Source: Armatimonadota bacterium (GTDB lineage: Bacteria; Armatimonadota; Zipacnadia; JAUWAU01; JBHIEF01). Taken from it: a stretch of 45,179 nucleotides of DNA. Below the pieces are notes generated by a model that ran no database searches, was not told where the DNA came from, and was given only the letters and a program-made list of their open reading frames with translations. Position numbers and translations under genes: made by a program. The stretch is from positions 1-45,179 of the forward strand of contig JBHIEF010000002.1 in the NCBI GenBank assembly GCA_046760465.1, written 5' to 3'. This document shows positions 22,593 to 31,873 of this stretch, in pieces; within the stretch, counting starts at the first letter, position 1; each line of letters starts with the position of its first letter.

Positions 22593-24050
22593 CTAGGCCT
22601 CGCCCTTGGTCTGTTCCCGCCACTGCCTGTCAATGTCCGCCCGCCACGCCTCAGCCGCGGCCTTCAGCTCGGCCGTCACCTCGGGCCGCTCGTCCCTCAG
22701 GTTGGTGCGCTCGCCCATGTCGGCCTCCAGGTCGGCCAGGAACACCTCGTCCTCCGGCGGCGCGCCCTCGACGAGCTGGCCGTTGAGGACCAGCTTCCAC
22801 TTCCCGCGGCGCATCGCCGTCTGCTTGCCCTGCTCCCAGAAGATCTCCTCGTGAGGAGTCTTGGCCTTCTGTGTCACCATCGGCAATACGTCCAGCCCGT
22901 CGAGCCTGTACTGCCCCGGATCGCCGCCAGCCGCCTTGAGGAACGTCGGGAAGATGTCCATGGTCGCGCCGACTTCCGCGATGACCTGTCCGGCGGGGAT
23001 GCGGCCCGGCCAGCTCATCAGGGCCGGCATGCGGATGCCCCCCTCGTAGAGGCTGAACTTGTGTCCCTTGAGCTTGCCGGTGGTGCCGCCGTAGTAGGGG
23101 TCGGGCGTCCCGTCGAGCCAGTTGCGCGTCTCGCGCGACGGCCCGTTGTCGCTGGAGAAGAAGATGCAGGTGTTGTCGCGCAGCCCGTGCCGCTCCAGCG
23201 TGGCGATTATCTCAGCGACGCTGTCGTCCACCGCGCTCAGCATGGCGGCCATGATCTGCCGGTCCCAGGGCAAGTCGGCGAAGCGGTCCAGGTACTCCTG
23301 CGGCGCGTGCATCGGGTAGTGCGGGGCGTTGTACGGCACGTAGAGGAAGAAGGGTGAACCACCGTCGCCGGCGGCGACTCGGTCCAGGTACGCGACGGCG
23401 CGCTCGGTGATCATCTCGGTGAAGTAGCGTCCGTTGTCCCATATCTCCCTGCCGTTCTCCCACAGATCGTGCACGGGGTCGTGGCGGCCGGCCATCCCCC
23501 AGTAGAAGATGTGCGAGTAGTAGTCAATGCATCCGGCCAGGAAGCCGAACCACTCGTCGAAGCCGTGGTGGTGCGGCCGGTAGTCCTCCTGGACGCCCAG
23601 GTGCCACTTGCCGAACATGGCCGTGCGGTAGCCCTCGCGCTTGAGCGCCGTTGCCAGCGTGGGCGTCTCCCGCGGCAGCCCCGTCGTCTTGCGGTGGCCA
23701 GCCAGGATCGAGCGCACCCCGGCCCGGACGGGGTAGCGCCCGGTCAGCAGAGCCGCTCGCGAGGGCGAGCACACCGGGGAGTTCGAGTACCAGTCCGTGA
23801 AGCGCGCTCCCGAGGCCGCCAGCGCGTCCAGGTGAGGGGTGCGTACGTGGGTCTCGCCCATGCACGAAAGGTCCCCGTACCCCTGGTCGTCGGTGTAGAA
23901 CACGATGAAGTTGGGACGTTCGGCGGGACTCATGCCTTCCCTACCCCTTTCGTCTGGTTGTGCTGCCGTTGGCACCGCGGATCGGTGTGCCACGTAGCCG
24001 ACCGCCGCCGCGCCAGCCCTCAGAAACTGACGTCGCGATTGACCCGGCAC
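22593..24050 (-). CDS. Sulfatase (Cys-type) with Tat signal
   Basis: PVCSPSRAALLTGRYP motif. GTG start at 24050 is followed by SRRQFLRAGAAAVGY. Confidence 0.9.
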   Translation of the reverse strand: MPGQSRRQFLRAGAAAVGYVAHRSAVPTAAQPDERGREGMSPAERPNFIVFYTDDQGYGDLSCMGETHVRTPHLDALAASGARFTDWYSNSPVCSPSRAALLTGRYPVRAGVRSILAGHRKTTGLPRETPTLATALKREGYRTAMFGKWHLGVQEDYRPHHHGFDEWFGFLAGCIDYYSHIFYWGMAGRHDPVHDLWENGREIWDNGRYFTEMITERAVAYLDRVAAGDGGSPFFLYVPYNAPHYPMHAPQEYLDRFADLPWDRQIMAAMLSAVDDSVAEIIATLERHGLRDNTCIFFSSDNGPSRETRNWLDGTPDPYYGGTTGKLKGHKFSLYEGGIRMPALMSWPGRIPAGQVIAEVGATMDIFPTFLKAAGGDPGQYRLDGLDVLPMVTQKAKTPHEEIFWEQGKQTAMRRGKWKLVLNGQLVEGAPPEDEVFLADLEADMGERTNLRDERPEVTAELKAAAEAWRADIDRQWREQTKGEA

Positions 24051-24383
24051 TGCTCAAACACCTACTCGAGGCGGACCGGCGGCCGCCCGGTCTGATGGAG
24101 GAGCTCTCGGTAGCCCACAGCGACGGCCACGATACCGGCCTTCGACGCCTGCTCACGGCCATCCTCTAGACAGGGGCAAACGGGCTGGGCTGAAGCGGGA
24201 AGCGGACAGCGCGACATGCGTCAGGCGGGGCGTTACCTGCCGTGCGATGGGAAGGGAGGCAGCCGTGGCGGCACACTGCCCGAGCGCCGCTCACGTGTCG
24301 GCTCGATCGGCGCACGAAGATGGGCCGACCTGCCGGCGCTCTCTTCTGCGTCAGAGACGGCCGCTGTGCACCTAGCGTACTTT

Positions 24384-25688
24384 CTAGTCCCTCGGAGTCG
24401 GCGTGGCCGGCGCGGTCTTGGTGCCGGGCCTGCGCATGCCCCCGTAGAAGAACACGTCGGGGGCCGCTCCGCCTCCGCCCATGGGGGCGACCATCCCTCC
24501 CGGCGCGCGGCGAGGCTCGATGCCCGGTATGGGCGGCGTCTCATTCGCCTGTGTGGTGGTGTCCTCCGGGACTCCCAAGGTCAGCATTACCGCGACCGCA
24601 CACGACTCAGCGGCCGTCTCGAGCCCAAAGGCCTGCGGCGCAACGGCCATCCGGCGTCTCGCGCCCCGCTCAGCAAGCTGGTACAACGCGTCCACGGCAG
24701 CCGTCTGGCCCTCGGGCTGAGGCCGCCAGATCAACAGCGTGCGCTGACCGGCGGCGAGGGGCACGGAGGTGGTCAGGACCGTCTTGATCAGCACCGGCGG
24801 ACCGACGAGGGTGTGGATGGTGTCGTCGTACTTGCCTCCGCCGAGGGTGTTCCGGGTCAGCGTCACGTCCACCGTTGGGCCCTCAACCGGGCCGCTCGGA
24901 GCCAGAGCAACCGTGTAGCCCTCCTTGTCGGCCAACTCAACGCGCCGGTACAAATCCTCCTCTACCCGTTCCAGGTAGTAGCGGGGCCGATCCTCGGGCC
25001 AGGCGAACTCGAAATCCCGCTGGGGCCAAGTCTGGGCGTTGCCCTCGATCACCGGCCGAAGGTAAGCCACTTGCTGCCGAGCGGCGCCCTGGCGCATTTG
25101 GCCGATGGTGTCCAACTGCGGCGCCAGGATAGTGGTCAGCCCAGCCACGGCGTCGCGCGTGGTCTTGGCTCCCGTCGGGTTCAGGCCGAGAGGCCCGGGC
25201 GGCAGCCAGAGCAGATTCGCAGTCGGCGGCGCGACTACTCCGCCCTCCTCGACCTGGGGCAAGGCCCCACGTGTCTCGGGCGGCTCCCGGGTCGGCAGTG
25301 TCGGAAGCCTCAGCGCGCGCGCCGCCATGGCAGCGTTGTTGTACTCGAGAGACAGCCAGGCCGCAGTGGCCGGGTCGCCAAGCGTGAAGACCGCAGGCCC
25401 GCCCCAGGGCGTGCCGCTGAGCAAGGCCACCTCGACCGTGATGGTGTCCGGCTCGTAGGCGGGCGCCGTATCCTCGGGCGCGACCGGCGTATCGGCGGGC
25501 CGCCCGGCCCCCCATTCGAAGTAGAACCCGGCCGCCGGCGGCGCCTGGGCTGGCTCGTCAGCGACGGGTCCCTCGCCCGCTGCTGCCGGCTGCGCGGCGG
25601 CCGCTGCCGGCAATGCGGCCAGCATGGCGGCGGCCAACAGCTCGGCGAAACACCAGCGCCTCTGGCGCAGTTGAGATGAAGTTGACAT
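24384..25688 (-). CDS. Secreted protein of unknown function, third gene of the ECF sigma operon
   Basis: ATG 25688 is preceded by GGAGGAGGGAG. The signal is MSTSSQLRQRRWCFAELLAAAMLAALPAAAAAQ. A Pro/Ala-rich linker, then a globular region, then a Gly/Met/Pro-rich tail follow. I recognise no family motif. The antisense 487-aa ORF 24216..25679 is Arg/Gly-rich and rejected. Confidence 0.65.
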   Translation of the reverse strand: MSTSSQLRQRRWCFAELLAAAMLAALPAAAAAQPAAAGEGPVADEPAQAPPAAGFYFEWGAGRPADTPVAPEDTAPAYEPDTITVEVALLSGTPWGGPAVFTLGDPATAAWLSLEYNNAAMAARALRLPTLPTREPPETRGALPQVEEGGVVAPPTANLLWLPPGPLGLNPTGAKTTRDAVAGLTTILAPQLDTIGQMRQGAARQQVAYLRPVIEGNAQTWPQRDFEFAWPEDRPRYYLERVEEDLYRRVELADKEGYTVALAPSGPVEGPTVDVTLTRNTLGGGKYDDTIHTLVGPPVLIKTVLTTSVPLAAGQRTLLIWRPQPEGQTAAVDALYQLAERGARRRMAVAPQAFGLETAAESCAVAVMLTLGVPEDTTTQANETPPIPGIEPRRAPGGMVAPMGGGGAAPDVFFYGGMRRPGTKTAPATPTPRD

Positions 25689-25740
25689 GGGTTCTCCCTC
25701 CTCCATCTACGTTTCCCGTGACCTGCACAGGCTCCCGGCC

Positions 25741-26361
25741 CTAGCCCTCCGGCTGGGCCGCGAGTCTGGCCGGCCGGACCTCGCGCACCAACTTGGGGGC
25801 CACAGGCGGCGGCGAGGCGTTCAGGTGAATAACCACCGGCTCCAGCTTCACCGGCGGCGGCTTGGCCTCGGGGCTACTGCCTTCACGGTCGCGCTCCACG
25901 TAGACGTAGCGCGTCTTGAAGACCGGCACCTCTTTCTCCACCACGCGCTCCACGGGCACCTCGACCGTCCTCTCGATCACCTTGGGCACGGTCACTACCT
26001 CGGTAACCGTCAACTCCCTGGGCCACGCCCAGCGCCCCACTCCCACGCCAGCGAGGAACATGACCAACGAGGCGGCGGCAAACGCGGGCACCAACTTCCG
26101 CCACACTGGGCGGATCGGCTGCCGACCAGGCGCCTGCACGGACGATGTAACCCCGGCGGCGATGCGCTCCAGGGCCTGGTCAGGGACGTCGCGCTGCACC
26201 ACGGCTCCCACCGCGTCCTGCGCCCGCTCCAGCGCCCACAGCTCCTGCCGACAGGCGGCGCACTCCGCCAAGTGTTGGTCAAGGTCGGCGTCGCCACAGA
26301 CGTCGCCGTCAATGAGCTCGTGAATCAACCTGCGTGCTTGTCTGCACCTCACGTGGCTCAT
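25741..26361 (-). CDS. Anti-sigma factor, zf-HC2 type, single-pass membrane protein
   Basis: The N-terminus MSHVRCRQARRLIHELIDGD...HLAECAACRQ contains the H-x3-C-x2-C motif. One TM segment is present (LVPAFAAASLVMFLAGVGVG). The extracytoplasmic part is Val/Glu/Pro-rich. ATG 26361 is directly preceded by GAGGAGG. It lies immediately downstream of, and overlapping, the ECF sigma gene. Confidence 0.8.
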   Translation of the reverse strand: MSHVRCRQARRLIHELIDGDVCGDADLDQHLAECAACRQELWALERAQDAVGAVVQRDVPDQALERIAAGVTSSVQAPGRQPIRPVWRKLVPAFAAASLVMFLAGVGVGRWAWPRELTVTEVVTVPKVIERTVEVPVERVVEKEVPVFKTRYVYVERDREGSSPEAKPPPVKLEPVVIHLNASPPPVAPKLVREVRPARLAAQPEG

Positions 26362-26941
26362 CCTCCTCGAGGTAGTCCGCCAGCAACTCCCGCAGCTTCC
26401 GCCGGGCGCGATGCAGGTGGGCCTTGGCCGTGCCCACCGCACACCCCATCGCCTCGGCCGTGCTAACCAGGTCCATGTCCTCCAGTGCGAAGAGCGTTAT
26501 AGCCGCCCGCTGGCGCGGCGGCAAGGCCCGCAGGGCCTTGCGCACCTCTGTCTCCAGGTGATTTGCCTCCGCATACTGGGCAGGTCCGTCGGCGGCGGGC
26601 CGCGGGGCGACGGTGGCCGCCGAGCTGGTCCTGCGGGCATCTCGCCTGTGTCTGCGCAGGCTGGACAGGGCGCAGTTGACGGTGATCCGCCGCATCCAGT
26701 CCACGAAGCGATGCCTGCCGTCGAAGCTGTCCATCGCCCGGTAGGCCCGCACGAACGCCTCTTGCGCGGCGTCCTCGGCCTCCTCGCCGTCGCCGAGGAT
26801 CGCGTAGGCCACGCGATAGACTCCTCGGCGATGGCGCCGCAGAAGCTGCGCGAAGGCACCTGCGTCGCCTCGTCGGCACCGGCCGGCCAGCCTGCTGTCC
26901 TCATCGAGCACGGAGCCGCGGCCCGCACTGGGAGCGCTCAT
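26309..26941 (-). CDS. ECF (group 4) sigma-70 family RNA polymerase sigma factor
   Basis: Region 2 reads GDAGAFAQLLRRHRRGVYRVAYAILGDGEEAEDAAQEAFVRAY...FVDWMRRITVN. Region 4 reads LPPRQRAAITLFALEDMDLVSTAEAMGCAVGTAKAHLHRARRKL. Confidence 0.9.
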   Translation of the reverse strand: MSAPSAGRGSVLDEDSRLAGRCRRGDAGAFAQLLRRHRRGVYRVAYAILGDGEEAEDAAQEAFVRAYRAMDSFDGRHRFVDWMRRITVNCALSSLRRHRRDARRTSSAATVAPRPAADGPAQYAEANHLETEVRKALRALPPRQRAAITLFALEDMDLVSTAEAMGCAVGTAKAHLHRARRKLRELLADYLEEDEPREVQTSTQVDSRAH

Positions 26942-26954
26942 GTTCCCTACTATA

Positions 26955-26981
26955 TACGTCAGGCTGGCCGATTGGGTTTAC
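26955..26981 (-). promoter_or_regulatory. Candidate ECF-type autoregulated promoter (GTAAAC-N17-CGTA) just upstream of the sigma gene
   Basis: The minus strand reads ...tcaGTAAACccaatcggccagcctgaCGTAtatagtagggaacATG. The AAC/CGT spacing resembles the sigW/sigX-class consensus. The same stretch also contains TATATA, a possible sigma70 -10. Either way the leader would be only a few nt long. Confidence 0.3.
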
Positions 26982-27102
26982 TGAGGCGGCAGTGTCGGCC
27001 GCCACCTGGCGGCAGGGAAGCCCAGGACCCAACGAGAAGGGCGCACTCAACGCAAGTGGCGCAGCGGTGTGCCATCTCGGTCGGCGTACAGGAGAGAGAG
27101 CA

Positions 27103-30100
27103 ATGCCGCGAAGACTGCGGGAGTGTGCGCTGGCTGCCGCCGTCCTGCTCTGTGCAACGGAGCTAAGCGCCGCGCCCAACCTGGTTGGCAACAGCGGCTT
27201 CGGGGACGGGTTAACCGGCTGGGAGGTTGAGCTGCGGGGGGAATGGGGCAAGCAGGCCGACCAGTCCAAGATCGTAGCTGTGGCCGCCGATGCTGACGCC
27301 GGCAGGCCTGCCTTGAGGGTGGACACCACGCCGCTGAACCCGGGGCGGCAGATCACCGACGAGCTGCGGGTCTGGCAGCCACCGAAGTACACCGTTCTGG
27401 TGACCCAGAAGGTGCCCGGCGTCGAGCCCCGCTCGTGGTATCTGGCCAAGTTCCACACCAAGTCGCCCGGTGTGGCCATAGATGAGGGGCTGGAGCTGCT
27501 CTGCGACATCCAGCCCTGGCCGCTTCGCACCTATGGCGAGAGCGAGGAGGAGTCGCACTGGAAGGCCATTCACCCGTGGGAGCGGCGGCTGTTCCTCCCG
27601 CAGGCCCTCATCGCCGACGGTCAATACCACGAGTACGTGCTTCTCAAGCAGACCTACTCCAAGACGGACACGCTGGAGGTCGGTGTACGCATTCGCGCGC
27701 CCTGGACGGGCGTGCTCATGCTCGGCCACGTCGAGTTGACCAAGGTGGACCCCGACGACGACATGACCAAGATGGAGAAGCTGCTGGCGATGCGCGGGGC
27801 AAAGCCGATTAGGAAGGTCCGCGAGCTCAGTCGCGAGACCATGCTGGTCGACAACGGGCAGCCCGCCGGCGCCATCTTGATCCCAGAGTTGGCCGACTAC
27901 AGACCCCTGGGCACGAAGATCCAGGCGAGGATCGAGGAGCTTACCGGAGCCAGGCTGCCCGTCGTGACGAGCCTCGAGGAGGTGCCGAAGGGGGGCTCGA
28001 TCATCGCCCTCGGCTCCATGATGAAGAACGACCTGGTGGCGCGGCTGCACTTCAACCGCTACGTGAGGGTAGACGCTGCCTCGCCGGGGCCCGGCGGGTA
28101 CGTCATCTGGACCGTGGCCGAGCCGTACGGTCTCGAGCTGGGGCAGAACGTGGTCGTCGTCGCGGGCAGCGACCCGGCGGGGAAGTCGGCAGCAGTCGAG
28201 GCCTTCTGCCGCTTGCTTAAGGCGGACGGCAGGACCATCGAGCTGCCGTACCTACATACGGTCTTCCCCAAGCGGACCATAAAGCCCGAGGACCGCGAGG
28301 TGCCCAGGGGCGAGTGGGGCTTCGACATAGACCGCAACAGGTGGGCGGGCTTCTCCAAGTGGTACCTGCCCAAGTGGCTGGAGACCGGCGATCTCGAGGT
28401 GGCCGAGCTGGCCCGCAAAGAGGTACTGATGGTCGCCGACCGCTACCTGGAGGACCCGTACTTCCAGACGGCCTGGGATACCTACGAGGTTGGCTGGGCC
28501 TGGGATTCCCTGGAGGAGGCGCCGGTCTTCTCGGACGCAGATCGCCTCAAGATCACCAACGCGCTGCTGGCGTATCTGCACATGCGCCCACAAGAGACCA
28601 GCGACTGGAGCCGTATGGTGCCGCGGCTCGCGCAGAACCCGACCTGGAACCACCAGGCCAAGGGGCTGTCAGGCGTCTACACGACGGGCAGGTATTTCAG
28701 GCGCTTCTATCCGGAGGAAGACGCCCGCTACGACTACTACCTCAGCGCAGCGCGCAACGCCTTCGAGCAGCAGGCGCTCTACTCCAAGCCGCAGGAGAAC
28801 TCCGGCAACTACTGGCTGATCACCATGCGCTTCGCCCTCTCCTACTACCTGGGAGAGTGGGACATGACCTTCTTCGAGAACGGGGCCCTACGCCGCTATG
28901 CCCAGTACTTCGCGACCGTCTGCAACAACAAGGGATGGCTATCCGGCTTCGGCGACACCTACTACTGCTATCACGGTGCGGCGCCGAGGGTGATCTCGGG
29001 CACGGGGATAGGGGACCCCTCGCTGGCCTTCTGGTACTACAAGGACGGCCGCATCCTGTGGTGGCTGGAGCACTGCAACTTCGAGCGATACGAGCCGCTG
29101 TACCATCAGGACGTCGAGCCCATCGAGTGGCGGGAGTTGCTGGGCGTGAAGGTGACGCCCCTGGAGCGTGGGCTCTACGATAGGCGCACCCGCCTGGCAC
29201 TGTGGGGGTCCGGCGGCAGCGCCACCGACAGCCCGGTGGGGGAGGTGGCGTATGAGGAGACCTTCGACAAGATCTCCTTCCGCGACTCCTGGGACCCCGA
29301 GGGGCAGTACATGCTGCTGGAGGGCAACGGGCGAGGCATACACTCCGGAAACGCCACCAACCAGATCTGCAAGCTGAGCCTACTGGGAGAGGATCTGCTG
29401 ATCGGAAGCTGCTACAGTCAGAACAACATACGCCGCAACGACAGCGTTGTGGTGGTCAAGGACGCGCACATTGATGACCCGGAGGTGAAGGGCCAGGCGC
29501 CGTGGCCCTTCGCCCAGTGGGCGTCGCTGAGGCGCAAGTACCCCTGCTACGCGGCGCTTGAGGCCCTGGCCGACCTGCCCCGCACGGGGTTCTCGCGCAC
29601 GTCGCTTCGCGACTATCAGGGCACCGACTGGCACCGGAACATCTTCTGGCTCAAGGGGCAGTACTTCGCGCTCATAGACGAGGTGGTGGCGAGAGAGCCA
29701 GGCACCTACTACGTAGAGTCGAACTTCAAGACGTGCCCGAAGGCCAAGCAGAACTATCCGAAGCTAACGCCGCGGAGGTGGCGGCTGCTCGAGGGCGACC
29801 GTGGCGTGGCGGTGTCGCTGGACACCACGCCCGGACCAACGAACCTCTACATCCTGACGGACGGTTCCGCCAAGATCGTGACGGATACGGCGTCGCACCA
29901 GTACATCACGGCCGAGATGATCCGACAGGTGCACGAGCGTCGGCAGCTGGCGCCGGGGGAGCAGGTCAGCTATATCAACCTCTTCTACGGCGATCGGCCC
30001 GCCGCAAGGGCCAACTACCGCATCGAGCGGCTTGGGGCTAGCGAGGCGCTCGTCTATCAGAACGACCAGCCGACTGCATATCTGGGGTGCGGCCAAGGCC

Positions 30101-30303
30101 CACAGAGCGCGGCCATTCTGCCCGTCGCGGCGAAGATGTTCCTGTTGACAAAGGGCATGCTGGCGGTCGTGGACGGCACTTCCGCAGGGGACTTCTTTAG
30201 CAGCACGGAGCCGGTCTCGCGGGAGATCGAGCTGCCGACTGAACGAGTTGACGGCATTCTCGCCAAGCTCAGTGGCGCCCTTGAGGCCAAGGCGCGCCCC
30301 TGA
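27103..30303 (+). CDS. Large secreted multidomain protein of unknown function (CBM-like N-terminus, GH20b/GH67N-like alpha/beta domain, possible heparinase II/III-like toroid and sandwich)
   Basis: ATG 27103 follows GGAGAGAGAG. The signal is MPRRLRECALAAAVLLCATELSAAP. The module NLVGNSGFGDGLTGWE is CBM4/9-like. The segment AGAILIPELADYRPLGTKIQARIEELTGARLPVV...IIALGS...GGYVIWTV...VVVVAGSDPAGKSAAVEAFCRLL matches the small alpha/beta domain found at the N-termini of GH20, GH67 and DUF4838 proteins. My assignment of the C-terminal part is weak. Confidence 0.7.
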   Translation: MPRRLRECALAAAVLLCATELSAAPNLVGNSGFGDGLTGWEVELRGEWGKQADQSKIVAVAADADAGRPALRVDTTPLNPGRQITDELRVWQPPKYTVLVTQKVPGVEPRSWYLAKFHTKSPGVAIDEGLELLCDIQPWPLRTYGESEEESHWKAIHPWERRLFLPQALIADGQYHEYVLLKQTYSKTDTLEVGVRIRAPWTGVLMLGHVELTKVDPDDDMTKMEKLLAMRGAKPIRKVRELSRETMLVDNGQPAGAILIPELADYRPLGTKIQARIEELTGARLPVVTSLEEVPKGGSIIALGSMMKNDLVARLHFNRYVRVDAASPGPGGYVIWTVAEPYGLELGQNVVVVAGSDPAGKSAAVEAFCRLLKADGRTIELPYLHTVFPKRTIKPEDREVPRGEWGFDIDRNRWAGFSKWYLPKWLETGDLEVAELARKEVLMVADRYLEDPYFQTAWDTYEVGWAWDSLEEAPVFSDADRLKITNALLAYLHMRPQETSDWSRMVPRLAQNPTWNHQAKGLSGVYTTGRYFRRFYPEEDARYDYYLSAARNAFEQQALYSKPQENSGNYWLITMRFALSYYLGEWDMTFFENGALRRYAQYFATVCNNKGWLSGFGDTYYCYHGAAPRVISGTGIGDPSLAFWYYKDGRILWWLEHCNFERYEPLYHQDVEPIEWRELLGVKVTPLERGLYDRRTRLALWGSGGSATDSPVGEVAYEETFDKISFRDSWDPEGQYMLLEGNGRGIHSGNATNQICKLSLLGEDLLIGSCYSQNNIRRNDSVVVVKDAHIDDPEVKGQAPWPFAQWASLRRKYPCYAALEALADLPRTGFSRTSLRDYQGTDWHRNIFWLKGQYFALIDEVVAREPGTYYVESNFKTCPKAKQNYPKLTPRRWRLLEGDRGVAVSLDTTPGPTNLYILTDGSAKIVTDTASHQYITAEMIRQVHERRQLAPGEQVSYINLFYGDRPAARANYRIERLGASEALVYQNDQPTAYLGCGQGPQSAAILPVAAKMFLLTKGMLAVVDGTSAGDFFSSTEPVSREIELPTERVDGILAKLSGALEAKARP

Positions 30304-30373
30304 CCGGAAGGGGCGCCGCCGGACACTGTGACAGGGCGGCGTAGCCCGCCCTCTTTGGCAGGCAGGGAAGGGA

Positions 30374-31690
30374 GTGAAGGACATGGCCGAGCACGGCCCA
30401 TTCTGCTGCGTGGTCCTGCTGTCGGTCTTGCTCGTGCTCAGTGCTGAAGCCCAGCCGTCCGGCGCCAACTACGACGAGAGCAAGGTGCCCTCCTATACGC
30501 TGCCGGATCCGCTCGTGCTCGAGAACGGCGAACGCGTGGCCGATGCGCAGACCTGGTGGGGGAAGCGCAGGCCGGAGATCCTGCGGCTGTTCGAGACATA
30601 TGTGTACGGTCGAGCACCGGGGCGCCCGGAGGCAATGACCTTCGAGGTCACCTCGGTCGACGAGAAGGCCCTCGACGGCCTGGCCACGCGCAAGGAGGTA
30701 GCCATCTGCCCAACCGGTGATCGCGCCGACCTGAGCTTCGACCTGCTCGTGTACCTCCCCAATGATGCCCCGCGACCAGTGCCCGTGTTCCTCGGCCTCA
30801 ACTTCTACGGCAACCACTCCATCCACCCGGACCCAGGGATCACGCTCTCGCAGCGATGGATGCGAAACAACGAGGAGCTGGGCGTGGTCGAAAACCGCGC
30901 CACCGAGAAGGCGCGGGGCGTCAGGGCATCGCGCTGGGCCGTCGAGACCATCCTCAAGCGCGGCTACGGCCTGGCGACTATCTACTACGGTGACATTGAC
31001 CCTGATTTCGACGACGGCTTCCAGAACGGCGTGCACCCGTTGTTCTACAGCGAAGGCCAGACGCGTCCCGAAGCCGACCAGTGGGGCTCCATCGGCGCTT
31101 GGGCATGGGGCCTGAGCCGGGCAGTGGACTACTTCGAGACCGATGCGGATGTAGATCACGAGCGAGTGGCGGTGATGGGGCACTCCCGCCTGGGCAAGAC
31201 CGCGCTGTGGGCGGGAGCCCAGGACCAGCGCTTCGCCATCGTGATCAGCAACGACTCCGGCTGCGGCGGAGCGGCGCTCTCCCGCCGGCGCTTCGGCGAG
31301 ACCGTCAGGCGCATCAACACCTCGTTCCCGCACTGGTTCTGCGGCAACTTCAAGCAGTTCAACGACCGCGAGGACGACCTGCCCGTGGACCAGCACATGC
31401 TCGTCGCCCTGATCGCCCCACGGCCGGCCTACATTGCCAGCGCCGAGAAGGACCTGTGGGCCGACCCGCGTGGCGAATTCCTCGCCGCCAAGCACGCCAG
31501 CCCCGTCTACCGCCTGCTGGGCACCGAGGGGCTGCCCGCCGATGACATGCCGCCGCTCAACCAACCCGTTCACGGGACGGTCGGCTACCACATCCGCTCA
31601 GGCAAGCACGACGTCACGGACTACGACTGGCAATGCTACCTCGACTTCGCCGACAAGCACTTCGCGCGCCCACGGCGCGGCCCGGAGTAG
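30374..31690 (+). CDS. Glucuronoyl esterase, carbohydrate esterase family 15, secreted
   Basis: CE15 nucleophile box [15 protein letters not shown], a C-terminal catalytic-His region [15 protein letters not shown], and signal [17 protein letters not shown]. The track start 30374 is GTG. ATG 30383 is an alternative start. Confidence 0.8.
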   Translation: MKDMAEHGPFCCVVLLSVLLVLSAEAQPSGANYDESKVPSYTLPDPLVLENGERVADAQTWWGKRRPEILRLFETYVYGRAPGRPEAMTFEVTSVDEKALDGLATRKEVAICPTGDRADLSFDLLVYLPNDAPRPVPVFLGLNFYGNHSIHPDPGITLSQRWMRNNEELGVVENRATEKARGVRASRWAVETILKRGYGLATIYYGDIDPDFDDGFQNGVHPLFYSEGQTRPEADQWGSIGAWAWGLSRAVDYFETDADVDHERVAVMGHSRLGKTALWAGAQDQRFAIVISNDSGCGGAALSRRRFGETVRRINTSFPHWFCGNFKQFNDREDDLPVDQHMLVALIAPRPAYIASAEKDLWADPRGEFLAAKHASPVYRLLGTEGLPADDMPPLNQPVHGTVGYHIRSGKHDVTDYDWQCYLDFADKHFARPRRGPE

Positions 31691-31873
31691 TCAAGGCCGC
31701 TGGACGGAGGCCGCGCCGGCTGGCTGTGGGGACCGTCCACGACAGATGAGAGGAGCCCCACACTCCGGCTGAGCCGGCAGGGCAGACCCAAGGCAGAACT
31801 GCATTCAGCGGCGGATCGGGTCCCGTGTCGCCAGTGGCCTGGTCGGCACGAGTGATCCAAGGAGGAGCGATCG

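Noticed and set aside
23941-24383. Small ORFs (23941..24162 on the minus strand, 23960..24169 on the + strand) in and near the 333-nt gap between the sulfatase start and the ECF-operon end.
   Set aside because: They overlap the sulfatase 5' end, have Arg/Ser/Pro-rich composition and lack an SD. The gap is more simply the sulfatase promoter plus the operon's 3' end.
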